Translations under genes and position numbers: made by a program
Part shown: positions 61,331 to 64,000 of the stretch, in pieces
How the letters are laid out: every line of letters begins with the position of its first letter
Position numbering within the stretch: position 1 is the stretch's first letter
Assembly: GCA_963920595.1 (NCBI GenBank)
Contig: OY986948.1
Span: 4,464,001 to 4,528,000 of the forward strand
DNA from: Eimeria praecox
Lineage: Eukaryota
Direction of reading: 5' to 3'
DNA length: 64,000 nt
Notes under the pieces: generated by a model
Told to the model about the DNA's origin: nothing
Seen by the model: the letters and a program-made list of their open reading frames with translations, nothing else
The model's database searches: none

Positions 61331-62907
61331 GCGCATCAATAAACCTTAAACCCTAAACCCTATAATTTAAATTATAGGGCCTAGAATGGTTCACTGCTCT
61401 GGATTCCTCTTGCCACGCTGTGAATGTATACCCGTCACGAAGCATGGTACGCCAGCAAAAGAAAACGCAAACATTGAGCAGGGCCGATAGAATTCTTGTT
61501 GCATTGGTATGTATATGTATACATACACAGTTTGTATACTGTTGTGCATTGGAACGTCCCTAGTTTTCATGTGAACTATTTTGAATAGCTTACCTTCCTA
61601 CGCCAGCATTGTCTGTTTCCTTCTATTTCGCAGCTGCCCTATCACCTTTGTCAGTATTGTTTACCATCAGTACTCATACTCCCTCTAGCCACTCATGGCT
61701 ATTATGACTTCTTGCCCTCTCTATAACTGTCTCATGGTCATTGCAAGTAATGCTTATTCAAACTATCTCTTACTCAGCTGGTGGCGTTGAAAATGAATCA
61801 TTCCAAATCCGTCTGACCCACTCCCCTTCTTTAGCCAATGCAGATGCTTCAATACGTTGAATGCATTTCCTGCACTGGGTTTACCAGAAAGCATTGGATG
61901 CACTGAGTGTCACGATGAAATTGATGCATTAAATGCTTTAGATGCGCTAATCACATTGAGGAAGTGGTGGTCTCAAAACCGTCAGGCGCCTTGCCTATTA
62001 ACTGAGGTGTACGCCATTTCTGGAGCTGGTTGCAAAACACAATAACGTTGTAAACCCGAAATACCCTTCTTGAGTTGTATTTCCCGGCCTGTGAGGTGCA
62101 TCCGTTAGCACTGACGACGCCTCCCTCGTTTGGTACCTCCTATAGCAGCCTAAGACTCAGGCCACCTCTATATTTAGCTTTGCACCCCATTCCACTGCTC
62201 CATTTTGGCTTGTTTCCTCTTTTTAGAGACAAGTGGAAGGCGCATAACCCATGCAGCAATATGGTGGGCTTGTGATATATTGTTGGTGCCATGCAGCCCG
62301 TTGTAGTTCGTTAAGGCCAGGAAGAGAATGAATCGCTACTCTCTAGTGTAAAAGCGTTTCAGTGTGGCCCCTGTTGCTTTGTCCCTTATACATCCGAAGC
62401 TGGTTAGATTGCGTCGGCGGTAGCCGTCTTTAGCTGCAGACAGATCTCGTGCGACTGTGGTTAATGCCTTGCCGCTGCACCTCCTACCCCTCTGATATAG
62501 AGGGCAAAATGCTTCATGGATTGTTTTTTCTCTGATAACTTACACGCATTGCTCCTTTTTTTCGCTGATTCACCCGGGCCTATTCTTCGGGGCTGTAGAT
62601 CCCCACTTCAAGCCCTTTAATACGTTTTAAATTGCCTACTCTCCTGTGATCCAGTATTTTTATAGGTTGTTTTTCGGAATTTCTTTCTAATAGATTGGCT
62701 TTTCAATAGGCAGCCAGTGTTATAAATGCCGTTGGTACAGAGTGGTGCTCACTGTTACCTGATCACGCGAAGCCCGCCATACTCAAGAATAGGGGCATGC
62801 CCTAAGGAAACCAGATATACAAAAGATAGTGGGGATCATATCTCTCCTTTCTATATGTATGCCGTTTGAACATATATTTTGCATACTGTTAGCATGTGTG
62901 CCGGCTC

Positions 62908-63184
62908 TGTTGAGGTGACCCACCGTTGCGGTGTCTAGAATCTTATGAAACTCTGACAGAAATATTTATTTAGAATCTAAGTTGCAAGACTTCAAAGCAA
63001 TCGAGGTAGTAGATCTCCGGAAACCTTCGGCTTCCAGCGTACAAGAGGCCGCCTACAAAACCTACGATCGATAGAAGACACCTAGCTGAGCAACGATCGA
63101 GGGGTCTCGGAGAACACCTTCTAACCAGTAATATGAAGATAATAAAACAAAAATATATTTGTATTGACTCTAAAAGGCTCAACA
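62908..63184. mobile_element. Candidate LTR (277 bp) bounded by TGTTGAG...CTCAACA
   Basis: TG...CA ends with a perfect 7-bp inverted repeat and AATAAA at 63141. No TSD, PBS or partner LTR is seen. Confidence 0.35.
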
Positions 63185-64000
63185 TGAAGCCAGGGATGAA
63201 AAATCCAGCCCCAAATTCATTGCGGTATTCTTGTGCTCGGGCGAGCTTGTTCGCATGCGAACGTATTTCGTGTTTTCTCCTTCTTATTTATCTATAATAC
63301 TATTTTAGGTGAATGTTTTTCGAATATTACTCTGAAAAACTGGACGTTCAGTTTCATGGATTCAATGAATTGTGCCCATAGGAGGCTGAGGTCAACTCAA
63401 GTCAAGGTCACTCGACGACCCTTGCCTTGAGAGCCATACAATTGCAAATATTCCCTTTGGCTATTAAACCTTCTAATGCAATTCAAATTCAAATTCTTAT
63501 GTAGCTGCGTAGAAGGTGAATCGTGTTGGGTGACATGAAGAGAAGGAAGGAAGCCCTGTCGCCTGTTGCCCGCCTGCTCGTCTGCCTCGAGCTGCGTGCA
63601 AGTAGAGATGCTGAGAATCTCTGAGCCCTAACAGTCAAGCGTCAAGCCCTGAGACTAAGTCCCAGCCAATGGGTGTTGTATGCGAGTTTAATCTGTCTCG
63701 TTTTATGTGTGGGGTTGGCCTTTCCGGGGTTTTGTACGCCCCTGCTGCAGCATGAGGGCAGTAGTCAGCGAGACCGCTGCAGGCTCCTCTGCCGTTCCTC
63801 GCCTCCAGACTCCCACCACCCGTCTTGGGTTTAAACAAGACCCCTATAACCCCAACGAGAGAGGCCAACCTCATGTGCCCTCACAGCTTTCCTGCAGCAC
63901 GTACAGCAACTCAACGTCAGTTAAAAACGAAAGGGGTGATGCTGATGTTGATGCAGGGCCTCCTTGGGAGCTGGAGCCCCACCCTCGTCAAATCTTGTTT

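Noticed and set aside
61400..62900. Reverse transcriptase or gag of the decayed retrotransposon
   Set aside because: No YxDD, MPFGL or clear zinc knuckle could be read by eye; needs a translated search.
63200..64000. GC-richer terminal segment with 65-79 aa ORFs
   Set aside because: No supportable identity.

Overview
Eukaryotic, intron-rich apicomplexan DNA with the hallmarks of an Eimeria (coccidian) genome: pervasive CAG/CTG tracts, interstitial telomere-like AAACCCT repeats and TGCATGCA octamers. Most ORFs in the supplied track are repeat-frame artefacts. Manual splicing supports eight genes: eIF3K (5' part, minus), a hypothetical ORF, a 5-exon Tpt1/KptA RNA 2'-phosphotransferase (about 1250 aa), a 5-exon signal-peptide/GPI-type CAP-domain surface antigen, a 4-exon C2/MCTP-like membrane protein with a probable GC-AG intron, a 2-exon Q-rich hypothetical, a 9-exon VPS26 and a roughly 2000-aa secreted low-complexity protein. 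There is also a ninth, 2-exon hyper-acidic prothymosin-like protein. After about 57.2 kb the sequence becomes repeat-poor and holds decayed Ty3/gypsy retrotransposon pieces. The most notable observations are: a dispersed palindrome (GAGGTGTAnnTACACCTC, about 20 copies) found in exons, UTRs and promoters, which supplies an identical 16-nt splice-donor sequence in two unrelated genes; duplicated decoy exon starts in two genes; and strand-biased telomeric repeats next to splice sites. All gene models are read by eye, with no database or transcript support.
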